Assembly (NCBI GenBank): GCA_001785865.1
Contig: MFUZ01000006.1
Span: 242,315 to 306,314 of the forward strand
DNA: 64,000 bases
Source of the DNA: Candidatus Nomurabacteria bacterium RIFCSPLOWO2_01_FULL_41_18
GTDB lineage: Bacteria > Patescibacteriota > Minisyncoccia > Phycocordibacterales > UBA9973
Direction of reading: 5' to 3'
Below the pieces are notes generated by a model that saw only the letters and a program-made list of their open reading frames with translations, was not told the origin of the DNA and ran no database searches. Shown here piece after piece: positions 43,700-53,437 of the stretch. The position numbers were made by a program, and so were the translations under genes. The number at the start of each line of letters is the position of its first letter. Positions within the stretch are counted from its first letter, which is position 1.

Positions 43700-43707
43700 A
43701 TCGGGAT

Positions 43708-44595
43708 CTACTGATGTTCACTTCTTATTTTACCTGATAATGTCCTAAGCTCGTCGAGCGCCATTTTTGCTTCTTCATTGTTCGGGGGTTTGCCGTGCCA
43801 TCTGTAGTCCCTTTCGAACTCGTGGACACCCTTCCCAGGAATCGTGTGCGCGACGATGACCGTCGGCTTTTCGTATATCGCCTGAGCCTCATCTACCGCC
43901 TCGTTCAGCGCCCTGAAATCATGCCCGCCTACTTCTATGACATGCCAATTGAAAGCCCTGTATTTATCCGCAAATGATTCAAGTGGCATGATGTCTTCGG
44001 TAAAGCCGTCTATCTGGATATTGTTCCTGTCTACTACTGCAATCAGATTTCTTAATTTATGTTTCCCTGCGAGCATTATCGCCTCCCAGGTATTGCCTTC
44101 GTCATGCTCGCCGTCAGACATAAAACAATAAATAAATCTGTTTTTACTTGCCCCGTCCTTGGCGGGGTCGTTACCATCCATCCTATCAGCCAAAGCCATG
44201 CCGACTGCCTGCGACAGCCCTGCGCCGAGAGGCCCGGAAGAGGTCTCTAGCATCGGCAAATATTCCCGATGCGGATGCCCTTGGAGCCTAGTGTCAAACT
44301 TGCGCAAAGTTTTCAATTCTTCCACTCCGAAATATCCTGCATGCGCCATCGTCGCATACAGGACGGGACAGATGTGACCGTTACTAAGCACCAATCTGTC
44401 CCTCTCTTCCCAATCTGGATTTTTAGGATCATGTTTTAAAATATGAAAATAAAAAAGAGTAAAAACATCTGCCATGCCGAGAGGTCCCGCTGTGTGCCCG
44501 CTCCCCGCTTCTTGTAGCATCTCTATAATAGACTCGCGAATATCATTCGCTTTTTTTTCTAGCTCAATTATTTTTTTATCTGATAGAAACGCCAT
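43708..44595 (-). CDS. Transketolase, N-terminal subunit
   Basis: AGSGH, RDRLVLSNGH, LQGHP, SDGEHDEG TPP-binding motif. Confidence 0.93.
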   Translation of the reverse strand: MAFLSDKKIIELEKKANDIRESIIEMLQEAGSGHTAGPLGMADVFTLFYFHILKHDPKNPDWEERDRLVLSNGHICPVLYATMAHAGYFGVEELKTLRKFDTRLQGHPHREYLPMLETSSGPLGAGLSQAVGMALADRMDGNDPAKDGASKNRFIYCFMSDGEHDEGNTWEAIMLAGKHKLRNLIAVVDRNNIQIDGFTEDIMPLESFADKYRAFNWHVIEVGGHDFRALNEAVDEAQAIYEKPTVIVAHTIPGKGVHEFERDYRWHGKPPNNEEAKMALDELRTLSGKIRSEHQ

Positions 44596-44656
44596 GAAAT
44601 GTATTATACTCCCAATTTACCTGGTTTCAAAGAAACCTTAGAAAATTGCAGTCCCT

Positions 44657-45358
44657 TTAAGGGGCCAAACTTTGGAAACTTTGGAGTGCTCCGAGGGGAT
44701 CTCCGCTCTTCCAGATACCCGAACCCACAGTGAGCCTGTCCGCACCAGCGCCTAAAATACTTTCCGCGTTTTCCAGATTGATGCCGATATCGACTGATAT
44801 CACGACTCCGGGCAGATCTTTCTTGAGTAATTTTATATTTTCGAGCGCTCTGTTTGAAAAAGCTTCACCCTGAAAACCGATCTTGTCCGAACCCATACAA
44901 TGCAAGAAATCAACTTTATGCGATAGCCGAGACACTACTTTGAGATCTTCACTCGGCTTGAAAGCAATGCCTATTTGTACATTGTCCCGAATATACATAT
45001 CCAAGCCCTCCAAGAAATCCTCAAACTCTTCTAGATTTTTTTGCGCCCCAAGATGAAAGATCATCCTTTTCGGACCCAGCTTCATATATAGATCGAAATT
45101 ACCAACCGCATCTGACACCATGAGATCGAACTCAAAATCGAATTCCTCCCAGAAAGGCATCCCTTCTTCTTCGTTCATTATTTTTTGAAAATTAGGATCT
45201 TCCCATCCTCCTCCGCTAAAAGGCCACGTCTGGCTCGGAGCAAAGACGCCGTCGCATATGTCGATATGCACACACTTTGCCACACCTCGCAAGGCTGTAA
45301 GCTTGTTTTTTATTTCACTGAAATTTTTTTCTAATATTGCTGGAATTATTTCGCTCAT
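44657..45358 (-). CDS. rpe: Ribulose-phosphate 3-epimerase
   Basis: IIPAIL, VHIDICDGVF, GFQG, SVDIGIN, VGSGI; pentose-phosphate context. Confidence 0.8.
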   Translation of the reverse strand: MSEIIPAILEKNFSEIKNKLTALRGVAKCVHIDICDGVFAPSQTWPFSGGGWEDPNFQKIMNEEEGMPFWEEFDFEFDLMVSDAVGNFDLYMKLGPKRMIFHLGAQKNLEEFEDFLEGLDMYIRDNVQIGIAFKPSEDLKVVSRLSHKVDFLHCMGSDKIGFQGEAFSNRALENIKLLKKDLPGVVISVDIGINLENAESILGAGADRLTVGSGIWKSGDPLGALQSFQSLAP

Positions 45359-45363
45359 GGTGA

Positions 45364-45405
45364 TAGCTGTTAGGCGCTAGGCTTTAGGCACTAGGCATTA
45401 GCTTT
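45364..45405. repeat. Tandem TAG-initiated heptamer array
   Basis: TAGCTGT TAGGCGC TAGGCTT TAGGCAC TAGGCAT TAGCTTT. Confidence 0.75.
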
Positions 45406-46187
45406 TTAATTTGCCTCTGAACTTCGTCGACAAGCATATCATGAAAAACACCATTTGAAGCTATGAGATGATTTTCGGGAAATTTCCAAGAGCTACCGTC
45501 AAGATTTGTTATCTTTCCCCCAGCTTCTTGGACCAAAAAAACACCTGCAGCAAAATCATAAGAAACATTTCTTCCGAGCTGGATGTTAGCCTCTAGCCCG
45601 CCACGGGCGACATAAGCTAGCTCTAAAGCAGTAGCTCCTAAATTCCTTACCGAACGTACTACTTTTGGTAAATCATGATAAAGTTCTAAAATTATATGTC
45701 TTTCTTTGCCAGGAGATACAGTGACGATAGCGTGGTCTGTATTATCTTTTGAAACAAATATTTTATTGTCGTTCAAATACGCACCGCTACCCTTTTCTGC
45801 ATAAAAAAGAGAATGGGTAGCCGGATTGTAGACCACACCCACGATTATTTCACCTTTCCGCTCAAGAGCAATAGACACAGCAAAAAGCGGAATACCGTTT
45901 GCAAAATTCCTTGTACCATCTACGGGATCTACATGCCAGACATATTCACTCTCCTTTCCCCTCTCTCCATTCATTCCCGTCTCTTCACCCAAGATAGAAT
46001 GCTCGGGAAAAGCACCAAATATAATTTTTTTTATTATTTCTTCGGATTCTTTGTCAGCCAGAGTAACAATACTTTTGTCTTCTTTAAAATCTTTAAGTAT
46101 TTCCGTCTCAAAATATTTTTCTAGGACTTTCCCAGCCTCTAGTGCAGCCAAGATAGCGGTCTCTAATTCTTTAGATTTATTCTGCAT
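45384..46187 (-). CDS. Inositol monophosphatase / FBPase-family phosphatase
   Basis: ILGEE, VDPVDGTRNF, YDFAAG...EAGG. Confidence 0.9.
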   Translation of the reverse strand: MQNKSKELETAILAALEAGKVLEKYFETEILKDFKEDKSIVTLADKESEEIIKKIIFGAFPEHSILGEETGMNGERGKESEYVWHVDPVDGTRNFANGIPLFAVSIALERKGEIIVGVVYNPATHSLFYAEKGSGAYLNDNKIFVSKDNTDHAIVTVSPGKERHIILELYHDLPKVVRSVRNLGATALELAYVARGGLEANIQLGRNVSYDFAAGVFLVQEAGGKITNLDGSSWKFPENHLIASNGVFHDMLVDEVQRQIKKLMPSA

Positions 46188-46672
46188 TATTTTTCTTTCT
46201 TAATATCAATCGCATCTATCTTTCCTAGCCGGCGGACATGTCGCTCACCGCCGGTATATGGTGTCTTGAGCCAGAGATTGACTGCTTCCATCACGCTCTC
46301 TTCTGTGAAATACCTAGCACCAAGAGAAAGAATGTTCGAATTGTTGTGTTCTCGAGAACGGACTATGATATTGGATTCATCATCCACGATCGGCTTCGCC
46401 TCGCCGTAAAAAACTGCCGCGCGTACATGAGGAAACCTGTTTGCCGCTATGGCCTCTCCTTCGCCAGTACCGCCTAAAATTATCCCGCGCGCATTATCCG
46501 GGTCTTTCGAAACTTCTCGCGCCACTGGGACAACGAAATCCGGATAATCATCGTCTTCGTTGTATTCGTAAGCGCCTTTGTCTATGACCTCATAACCTTC
46601 TCCTTTGAGCGTGGTCACCAGGTGCTCCTTGAGCACATAACCCGCATGATCTGTTCCAATGAAAATTTTCAT
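46187..46672 (-). CDS. rpiB: Ribose-5-phosphate isomerase B
   Basis: GTDHAG, DDYPDF, GGTGEG, REHNNSNILSLGAR, GERHVRR. Confidence 0.92.
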   Translation of the reverse strand: MKIFIGTDHAGYVLKEHLVTTLKGEGYEVIDKGAYEYNEDDDYPDFVVPVAREVSKDPDNARGIILGGTGEGEAIAANRFPHVRAAVFYGEAKPIVDDESNIIVRSREHNNSNILSLGARYFTEESVMEAVNLWLKTPYTGGERHVRRLGKIDAIDIKKEK

Positions 46673-46949
46673 CCCGTTAGAGATAGGAAGCGCCTAATCT
46701 ATTCTTCAGATAACGCTTGCCCATTCCCGATTTTAAAAATAATTCTCTCGACCTCGCTTTACTTTCTAATAAACACGCTTCGTAGTATATCAAAATAAAT
46801 GGGCCTCGTCCTTTCGTATATGTAGATAAACCCTTGTTATGTTGTCCCAGGCGCTTCCGTAGGTCTTGCGTATATCCCGTGTATATTTTACCATCCTTCT
46901 TGCTTTTTAAGATATATGTGTAATAAAACATAAGTAATCTCTAACGGGA
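46673..46949 (-). mobile_element. Miniature IR-bounded element carrying a GIY-YIG gene
   Basis: 14-bp perfect IR ATCCCGTTAGAGAT (46671-46684) / ATCTCTAACGGGAT (46937-46950); flanking direct repeat TTCAT (46668-46672, 46950-46954). Confidence 0.8.
46677..46931 (-). CDS. Stand-alone GIY-YIG nuclease
   Basis: YYTYIL...IYTGYTQDLRKRLGQHN...YYEA...ARSRELFLK. Confidence 0.9.
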   Translation of the reverse strand: MFYYTYILKSKKDGKIYTGYTQDLRKRLGQHNKGLSTYTKGRGPFILIYYEACLLESKARSRELFLKSGMGKRYLKNRLGASYL

Positions 46950-47014
46950 TTCATTCTTTCATTATACCATATTGTATGGGCAATCCTACCAAAATCGAGC
47001 TGATTTTGGTGGAA

Positions 47015-47308
47015 TTAGGGTGTTTTGGGGGTGTTTCTGTTTTTTCTTTCTTTATATTTTTCATAAATTGCCCCTATGAGAGATCCAAACACAAATCCAT
47101 GAATAAAAGCTGCTGTAGACATTATCCACATGATATTATCTGAATCTTGAAACAGAAGAAGACTGAACGGTAAAAATGGGAGAGGGGGTAAAATATAAAA
47201 AATAAACATTAAATCACCTAGTTTAAGAAAATAATCGGCACAAAAAATAATGAGGTATAAAATACCTACTACAATTCCAAATTTTAAAACATATCTTTTT
47301 TGTTGCAT
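47015..47308 (-). CDS. Small membrane hypothetical protein
   Basis: Three hydrophobic segments. Confidence 0.6.
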   Translation of the reverse strand: MQQKRYVLKFGIVVGILYLIIFCADYFLKLGDLMFIFYILPPLPFLPFSLLLFQDSDNIMWIMSTAAFIHGFVFGSLIGAIYEKYKERKNRNTPKTP

Positions 47309-47318
47309 AAAAAAAATT

Positions 47319-47867
47319 CTATTTATAAAAATCTTCTTCTTCGTAATAATATGACTGCTCTATACCTTTCATGAAAACTTCTCGGTCATCAATTTTATCG
47401 GTCAGAGCAGTGCGCAGAAGCTCGCGAATTTCAAGGTCGTTCACTGGACTACGCTCCATGGCGTTTAGATAATCCGCTTTGTCAATCTTCGCCCAGTCAA
47501 CACATTTTTTGATATTTTTTTTAAAAATTAAATCTAACCAAATCCTCATGCTTCGGCCATTACCCTCCATAAACGGATGAGTGATATTCATTTCCACATA
47601 TTTAGCCATAATTTCCTCGAAAGTATTCTCTGGCATTCCTCCGACCTTGTTCAAACTTTCTTTCAAATATAAATAGGAAGCGAATCGGAAACCGCCTTTG
47701 CTTATATCCTTAACGCGAATCTGACCAGCAAAATCGTAAAGCTCCTCAAATAAATATTTGTGGATCTGCTCTAAACCTTTGATTGTACCGATCTCAAAAC
47801 CTGAAATTTCCGGACTGCCAAAAAGTTTTTTTGCACGTTCTTTACTTATTTCGTCAACATTTTGCAT
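47319..47867 (-). CDS. Fic-domain AMPylase (class III type)
   Basis: [12 protein letters not shown] Fic motif; C-terminal QSYYYE inhibitory-helix-like motif. Confidence 0.9.
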   Translation of the reverse strand: MQNVDEISKERAKKLFGSPEISGFEIGTIKGLEQIHKYLFEELYDFAGQIRVKDISKGGFRFASYLYLKESLNKVGGMPENTFEEIMAKYVEMNITHPFMEGNGRSMRIWLDLIFKKNIKKCVDWAKIDKADYLNAMERSPVNDLEIRELLRTALTDKIDDREVFMKGIEQSYYYEEEDFYK

Positions 47868-47942
47868 ACTGATATTATACCATTTTTACGGGTATTTTCC
47901 TAGGAACGGTTCTTACGAAAACTTGCGAAAACTTTAAGTCGA

Positions 47943-48266
47943 TCATCCATTTCTTCCAAAAATAAAAATAACAAGTATAACAATGAAAAGAAAGATTGCG
48001 AGTGAATGTTTTTTGATAAGTTGTCTAGGCGTTAGGCGTTCTTCTGGTAATAAATTTTTCTGTTCTGAAATATCTTTTGAAAATTGATGTATCGATACAA
48101 AAAGTGTATAGATGATCAATAATCCTATATATCCAAAAATTGGAGCTCCATACCCCACCATGTATGCCCATGTTTCTGAGTTAGAAGTCAAATAAATTAC
48201 CAATTGAAGGATTAAGTATAATACTGTAATAATTATTAGACCTGTAATTCGAGATTTTTTATTCAT
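47943..48266 (-). CDS. Small membrane hypothetical protein
   Basis: Three TM segments. Confidence 0.6.
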   Translation of the reverse strand: MNKKSRITGLIIITVLYLILQLVIYLTSNSETWAYMVGYGAPIFGYIGLLIIYTLFVSIHQFSKDISEQKNLLPEERLTPRQLIKKHSLAIFLFIVILVIFIFGRNG

Positions 48267-48271
48267 AAATT

Positions 48272-49297
48272 TTATTTTATACTCCCTCCAGTTTTAATCA
48301 CATGCTCCACAAGCGTGTGAGTATACCCCATTTCGTTATCATACCAACCCATAACTTTTATCAAATTCCCTCCCACAACGCGAGTAAGTTTCAAATCAGC
48401 AATAGAACCATACGGACTTTCTAAAATATCTGAAGAAACAAGATCCTCTTCAGTGACATTAAAAATCCCTTCCCATCTTTTATCTTTTGAAGCTTTTTTA
48501 AGAATATTATTTACTTCTTCGGCTGTAGTTGGTTTTTTGGAAATAAAAGTAATATCAACGATAGACCCCGCAGGTACAGGCACTCGCATTGAAATGCCGT
48601 CAAAAAGTCCGGAGAGCTTTGTAAATGCTTTTGTCACCGCTATGGCCGCACCGGTAGAACTCGGCACTATGTTTTGCGCAGCTGCTCTGCCCTCACGAAA
48701 ATCTTTTTTATTTGGACCATCTACAATGCTTTGGCTCGCTGTATATCCATGCACAGTATTCAAAAGCGCTTTTTCGATTCCTAAAACTTCATCTAAAATT
48801 GCAATCAGTGGTGAAGCTGCATTTGTAGTACAAGATGCATTTGAAGTAATATCGCAAGTGCCGAATTTGTCTTCATTTACGCCAAGTAAGATTGTCTCAC
48901 CTTTCACTGGCACTTCGCCCTCCTTTGCGGGAGCAGAAATAACGACTTTTTTAGCACCTGCATCCAAGTGCGCTTTTGCTTTGTCGTAAGTCACAAAAAG
49001 TCCGGTAGACTCTACAACAACATCCACCCCCAAATCTTTCCAAGGAAGCTTGTTGGGCTCTTTTTCTGCCAAAACTTTCACTTTTTTGTTATCAATAATT
49101 ATTTCTTGACCTTCTGCTTTTATGTCGTGTTTCCATTCTCGGTAAACTGTGTCGTATTTCAAAAGATAAGCCATGTTCTCCACGCTTCCAAGATCATTCA
49201 CTGCCACTATTTCAATCTCCGGCCTATCCCAAGCCACTTTCAAAAATGCTCTGCCTATCCTTCCAAACCCGTTAATTCCAACTTTGATTTTATTCAT
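48272..49297 (-). CDS. gap: Glyceraldehyde-3-phosphate dehydrogenase (type I)
   Basis: GINGFGRIGR, SNASCTTN, STGAA, WYDNE. Confidence 0.97.
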   Translation of the reverse strand: MNKIKVGINGFGRIGRAFLKVAWDRPEIEIVAVNDLGSVENMAYLLKYDTVYREWKHDIKAEGQEIIIDNKKVKVLAEKEPNKLPWKDLGVDVVVESTGLFVTYDKAKAHLDAGAKKVVISAPAKEGEVPVKGETILLGVNEDKFGTCDITSNASCTTNAASPLIAILDEVLGIEKALLNTVHGYTASQSIVDGPNKKDFREGRAAAQNIVPSSTGAAIAVTKAFTKLSGLFDGISMRVPVPAGSIVDITFISKKPTTAEEVNNILKKASKDKRWEGIFNVTEEDLVSSDILESPYGSIADLKLTRVVGGNLIKVMGWYDNEMGYTHTLVEHVIKTGGSIK

Positions 49298-49341
49298 GGC
49301 GTTTATTATACCAAAATAAAGAAAAAGTGTATAATCAAAAA

Positions 49342-52300
49342 ATGGAAAAAGAGGAAAACAGAGAGGTAAAATTCATCCACCTACACACCCACAGCCACTA
49401 TTCCCTCCTAGACGGGCTTTCAAAGATTGAGGATTTAGTTCAGCTCGCAAAAGAAGCTGGAATGCCAGCTATGGCCATCACTGATCATGGAAATATGTAT
49501 GGGGCAATCGAATTCTATAAACTTGCAAAAAAAGAAGGCATAAAGCCTATAGTCGGAGTGGAGGCCTACATGACTGCTGGAAACAGAAAAGACAGAACCA
49601 CGGAAGCCGGAGGCACAAAAAGATATTACCACCTCACTTTGCTTGCGAAGAATTTAGAAGGATATAAAAATTTAATAAAACTCGTTACTATCGCAAACTT
49701 GGAAGGATATTATTACAAACCGAGAATGGATAAAGAAATACTTAGAAAACATTCAAGTGGCATCATTGCCCTTTCAGGATGTCTGGGTGGAGAACTTTCG
49801 CAAACAGTGATGAAGGGTGATGAAAAAAAAGCAGATGAACTCGTGCAGGAATATCAAGACATTTTCGGCAAAGAAAATTATTTTATAGAAATACAATGTC
49901 ATCCGTCAGTTGAAAATGACAAAAGTGTGCGTGAGAATTTAATAAAACTCGCCAGAAAACATAATATTATGATTGTTGGTACACAAGATTCACATTATCC
50001 ATGTAGTGACGACCATGATGCACACCATACCTTGCTTCAAATAAATACCCAAGGCGATGTAAAAGATGGCGCTAAGTTTGAATTTTCTGATGATGACTTT
50101 TCATTTATTGATACAAAAAAGGCACTGGAAGTTTTCAAGGATATCCCCGAAGCAGTAGAAAATACAATGAAAATAGCCGATATGTGCAATCTTGAATTGG
50201 AACTCGGTAAATGGGTCTTCCCTGACTTCAAAATTGAAGGAGGAAAAACAGCAGATCAGAAAATGCGCGAGCTGGTATATGCTGGCTTCAAGAATTTGCG
50301 GATAGAACAAACAAAACCGACGTTAGAACGCGTTGAATACGAGCTAAAAGTTATTTTTGATAAAGGATATTCTCCATATTTTTTAGTAGTTGGTGATTTG
50401 ATGCATTATGCAAAAGAACATGGGATTTTGACAACTATCAGAGGCTCTGTGGCGGGTTCGATGGCTACATATTTGCTTGGTATAACAAATGTTAACCCGA
50501 TAGATTACAAAATACCTTTTGAGAGATTTTTAAATCCTTTCCGTCCTTCCGCACCAGATATTGATATGGATTTTGCAGACAATAGACGCGACGAAATGAT
50601 CGAGTATGTAAAAAATAAATATGGTGAAGATAAGGTGGCTCAAATTGGAACTTTTGGTACGATGATGGCGCGCGGAGCCGTGCGCGATGTAGCTCGTGCC
50701 CTCGGCTACCCATACACCATAGGTGATAGGCTTTCCAAGATGATCCCGATGGGTTCGCAAGGTATGCCCATGACCATAGAGTATGCGATGGAAATAGTGC
50801 CGGAACTAAAACAGGCATATAAAACAGAAAAAGATACAAAAAAAATAATAGACTTGGCAAAAAAACTCGAAGGCTGTGTCAGACACATCTCTGTGCATGC
50901 AGCTGGAGTCGTCATCTCACCACTTCCACTTATAGAATATGTCCCCCTTCAATATGATCCAAAAGGAGAAAATAAAATAATTACTCAGTATGATATGTAT
51001 AGCATTGAAGAAGCAGGACTTTTGAAATTTGACTTTCTGGGTATTAGAAATTTATCAATTTTGGCAGACGCAGTTAGTTTGGTAAAAAGATTTTACAATA
51101 TAGATATAGATATAGAAAATATTCCACTCGATGACAAAAAAACTTTCGAACTTTTAGCTTCTGGTCAAACCGAAGGACTTTTTCAATTAAACGGCTCCGG
51201 CATGACCAGATATTTAAAAGAATTGAAACCCACTTCTATCCACGACATAAATGCCATGGTGGCTCTTTATCGTCCTGGGCCAATGGACTCTATACCAGAA
51301 TATATCAAACGAAAACATAATCCTAAACTAATTAAATACTTAGACCCCAGAATGAAGAAATATTTGGGTGATTCTTATGGGCTCATAGTCTATCAAGACG
51401 ATTTATTGCTCTCTGCAATAGAACTAGCCGGCTACAACTGGGAAGAAGCTGACAAATTCCGTAAGGCAGTTGGTAAAAAAATACCAAAAGAAATGGCAGC
51501 TCAAAGAGAGAAATTAACGAAGGGTATTATTGCAAATGGGCAAACTCCTGCTTTTGCTGAAAACCTTTGGAAACTTTTTGAACCATTCCAAGCTTATGGA
51601 TTCGGTAAAGCCCATGCAGCCTCTTATGGTAAAGTTGCTTACCAAACTGCCTATATGAAAGCAAACTACCCAGTAGAATATATGGCTTCGATACTCACAG
51701 CTGAAAGTGGTGACGTTGAAAAAATAGCTGAAATAATCAACGAATGTAAAAATATGAACATTCCCGTGCTTCCTCCACATATTAATGAAAGTTATGGTGG
51801 ATTTACTTGCCTGCCTAGTGAAGCTCACACCCAAATCAGTGACAAAAATAAAAGTATTAAAATAAGATTTGGATTCTATACAATCAAAAACTTAGGCACA
51901 GATATCGCTGACAGCATAATCAGAGAAAGAAAAGAGAACGGCAAATTTGAATCGATAACAAATTTTCTAGATAGAATCAAACACAAAAATTTAAACAAGA
52001 AATCCTTAGAGGCGCTAATTAAATCTGGATGCATGGATGAATGGGGCGATAGAGGGGTGATGATAGCAAATGTAGAGGCAATGCTTTTGTACAATCACGA
52101 GATAAATAAACAAAATCAGAATCAAGTTTCTCTTTTTGGTGGAACAAATTCAATAAAAGCGCCAGAATTTAAATTACAAAATGCAAAAGAATCAACGCAG
52201 GCCGAAAAACTGCTTTGGGAAAAAGAATTGCTGGGACTTTACATCTCCGGACATCCCTTAGACCGCATCCGCGCCAAATTAGAAAGTAAAGATATAAATA

Positions 52301-52599
52301 TTAAAAAAATAAAAGCAAACCAAGAAAACAGTAGAGAAAATAATTTAGGTAATGGTATGCAAGTAACTATCGCCGGAATAATAGAAACGGTAAGACAAGT
52401 AGTTACCAAAAATAATGAAAGGATGGCATTTCTTAAAATAGCCGATTTGACTGATTCAATTGAAGCTGTGTGCTTCCCTTCTATATTCAAAGAATCTATT
52501 GATATTTTGGTGCCTGAGAAATGTATTGCCATTTCTGGTAAAATATCTTTGCGTAACGGCGAAAAGAGCATTATAATAGAAGCAGTGAAAGAGGTCTAG
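49342..52599 (+). CDS. dnaE: DNA polymerase III alpha subunit
   Basis: HLHTHSHYSLLDG PHP domain, RGSVAGS, PDIDMDF, KFDFLG, OB fold; start set at the ATG 6 nt after TATAAT. Confidence 0.97.
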   Translation: MEKEENREVKFIHLHTHSHYSLLDGLSKIEDLVQLAKEAGMPAMAITDHGNMYGAIEFYKLAKKEGIKPIVGVEAYMTAGNRKDRTTEAGGTKRYYHLTLLAKNLEGYKNLIKLVTIANLEGYYYKPRMDKEILRKHSSGIIALSGCLGGELSQTVMKGDEKKADELVQEYQDIFGKENYFIEIQCHPSVENDKSVRENLIKLARKHNIMIVGTQDSHYPCSDDHDAHHTLLQINTQGDVKDGAKFEFSDDDFSFIDTKKALEVFKDIPEAVENTMKIADMCNLELELGKWVFPDFKIEGGKTADQKMRELVYAGFKNLRIEQTKPTLERVEYELKVIFDKGYSPYFLVVGDLMHYAKEHGILTTIRGSVAGSMATYLLGITNVNPIDYKIPFERFLNPFRPSAPDIDMDFADNRRDEMIEYVKNKYGEDKVAQIGTFGTMMARGAVRDVARALGYPYTIGDRLSKMIPMGSQGMPMTIEYAMEIVPELKQAYKTEKDTKKIIDLAKKLEGCVRHISVHAAGVVISPLPLIEYVPLQYDPKGENKIITQYDMYSIEEAGLLKFDFLGIRNLSILADAVSLVKRFYNIDIDIENIPLDDKKTFELLASGQTEGLFQLNGSGMTRYLKELKPTSIHDINAMVALYRPGPMDSIPEYIKRKHNPKLIKYLDPRMKKYLGDSYGLIVYQDDLLLSAIELAGYNWEEADKFRKAVGKKIPKEMAAQREKLTKGIIANGQTPAFAENLWKLFEPFQAYGFGKAHAASYGKVAYQTAYMKANYPVEYMASILTAESGDVEKIAEIINECKNMNIPVLPPHINESYGGFTCLPSEAHTQISDKNKSIKIRFGFYTIKNLGTDIADSIIRERKENGKFESITNFLDRIKHKNLNKKSLEALIKSGCMDEWGDRGVMIANVEAMLLYNHEINKQNQNQVSLFGGTNSIKAPEFKLQNAKESTQAEKLLWEKELLGLYISGHPLDRIRAKLESKDINIKKIKANQENSRENNLGNGMQVTIAGIIETVRQVVTKNNERMAFLKIADLTDSIEAVCFPSIFKESIDILVPEKCIAISGKISLRNGEKSIIIEAVKEV

Positions 52600-52623
52600 A
52601 TTTTATTAATTAATTTAAAAAAA

Positions 52624-52809
52624 ATGAAATCAGAACAATTAGATTTAGTTAATTTAGTTAAAAGAACAGATAAAGAATTAGAAACAAGTATTTCTAAGAA
52701 AAGAGAAGAACATGGTTTAGATGCTGAATTAGATGCCGAAGAAAAAGCACTGATAGTCAGACAAATGCACGAAGAACAAGACGATAGAAATAAAACCTAC
52801 TTAAACTAA
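52624..52809 (+). CDS. Small acidic hypothetical protein
   Basis: 61-aa ORF filling the dnaE-pth gap. Confidence 0.4.
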   Translation: MKSEQLDLVNLVKRTDKELETSISKKREEHGLDAELDAEEKALIVRQMHEEQDDRNKTYLN

Positions 52810-53345
52810 TTATACAAACTCATTGCCTTTTCTTTGCCTTCAGTAAAAATAGTTTCTACTGCCTCGGCTACAGTTTTGCTGAGTTTTTTGATTATTTCTA
52901 GTTCTGATTTTTTGAATTCTCCAAGAAGAAAATTCAAGACTGCTTTCTCCCCTTTTGGTTTTTTCACCACACCTTTAGGAGTGGCTGATGAAATGCCAAC
53001 TCTAATACGCAAAAATTCTTCGCTTTTTAGTGCTTTGATTACAGAACCCAAACCATTGTGCCCACCCGAAGAACGATTAAAAGAAATTTTTATTTTTCCA
53101 AGTGGCAAATCAATATCGTCATAAATTACCACCAGATCTTTCAAATCTTTTTTACTTTTTATCAAAGGTGCTACGGCTTTGCCAGAATTATTCATAAAAT
53201 TGTCTGGCATGAGAAATTTAATCTTGCTTTTGTCTTTTTTGCCTTCAAATTTTTTCTCTAAAATACCAACCATAATCCTTCCGGTATTATGTCTTGTGTT
53301 TTCGTATTCAGTTCCAGGATTTCCTAAGCCAACAACCAATTTCAT
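52806..53345 (-). CDS. pth: Peptidyl-tRNA hydrolase
   Basis: VGLGNPG, TRHNTG, FMNNSG, YDDIDLP, GGHNG, RIRVGI. Confidence 0.95.
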   Translation of the reverse strand: MKLVVGLGNPGTEYENTRHNTGRIMVGILEKKFEGKKDKSKIKFLMPDNFMNNSGKAVAPLIKSKKDLKDLVVIYDDIDLPLGKIKISFNRSSGGHNGLGSVIKALKSEEFLRIRVGISSATPKGVVKKPKGEKAVLNFLLGEFKKSELEIIKKLSKTVAEAVETIFTEGKEKAMSLYN

Positions 53346-53437
53346 GCCTTTATATTAACACAAATATATTGTGTAATTTATTATTACACAATAAACTAGA
53401 CAATGCTGTCAAGAATATTTTGTGTTATATTATCTGC

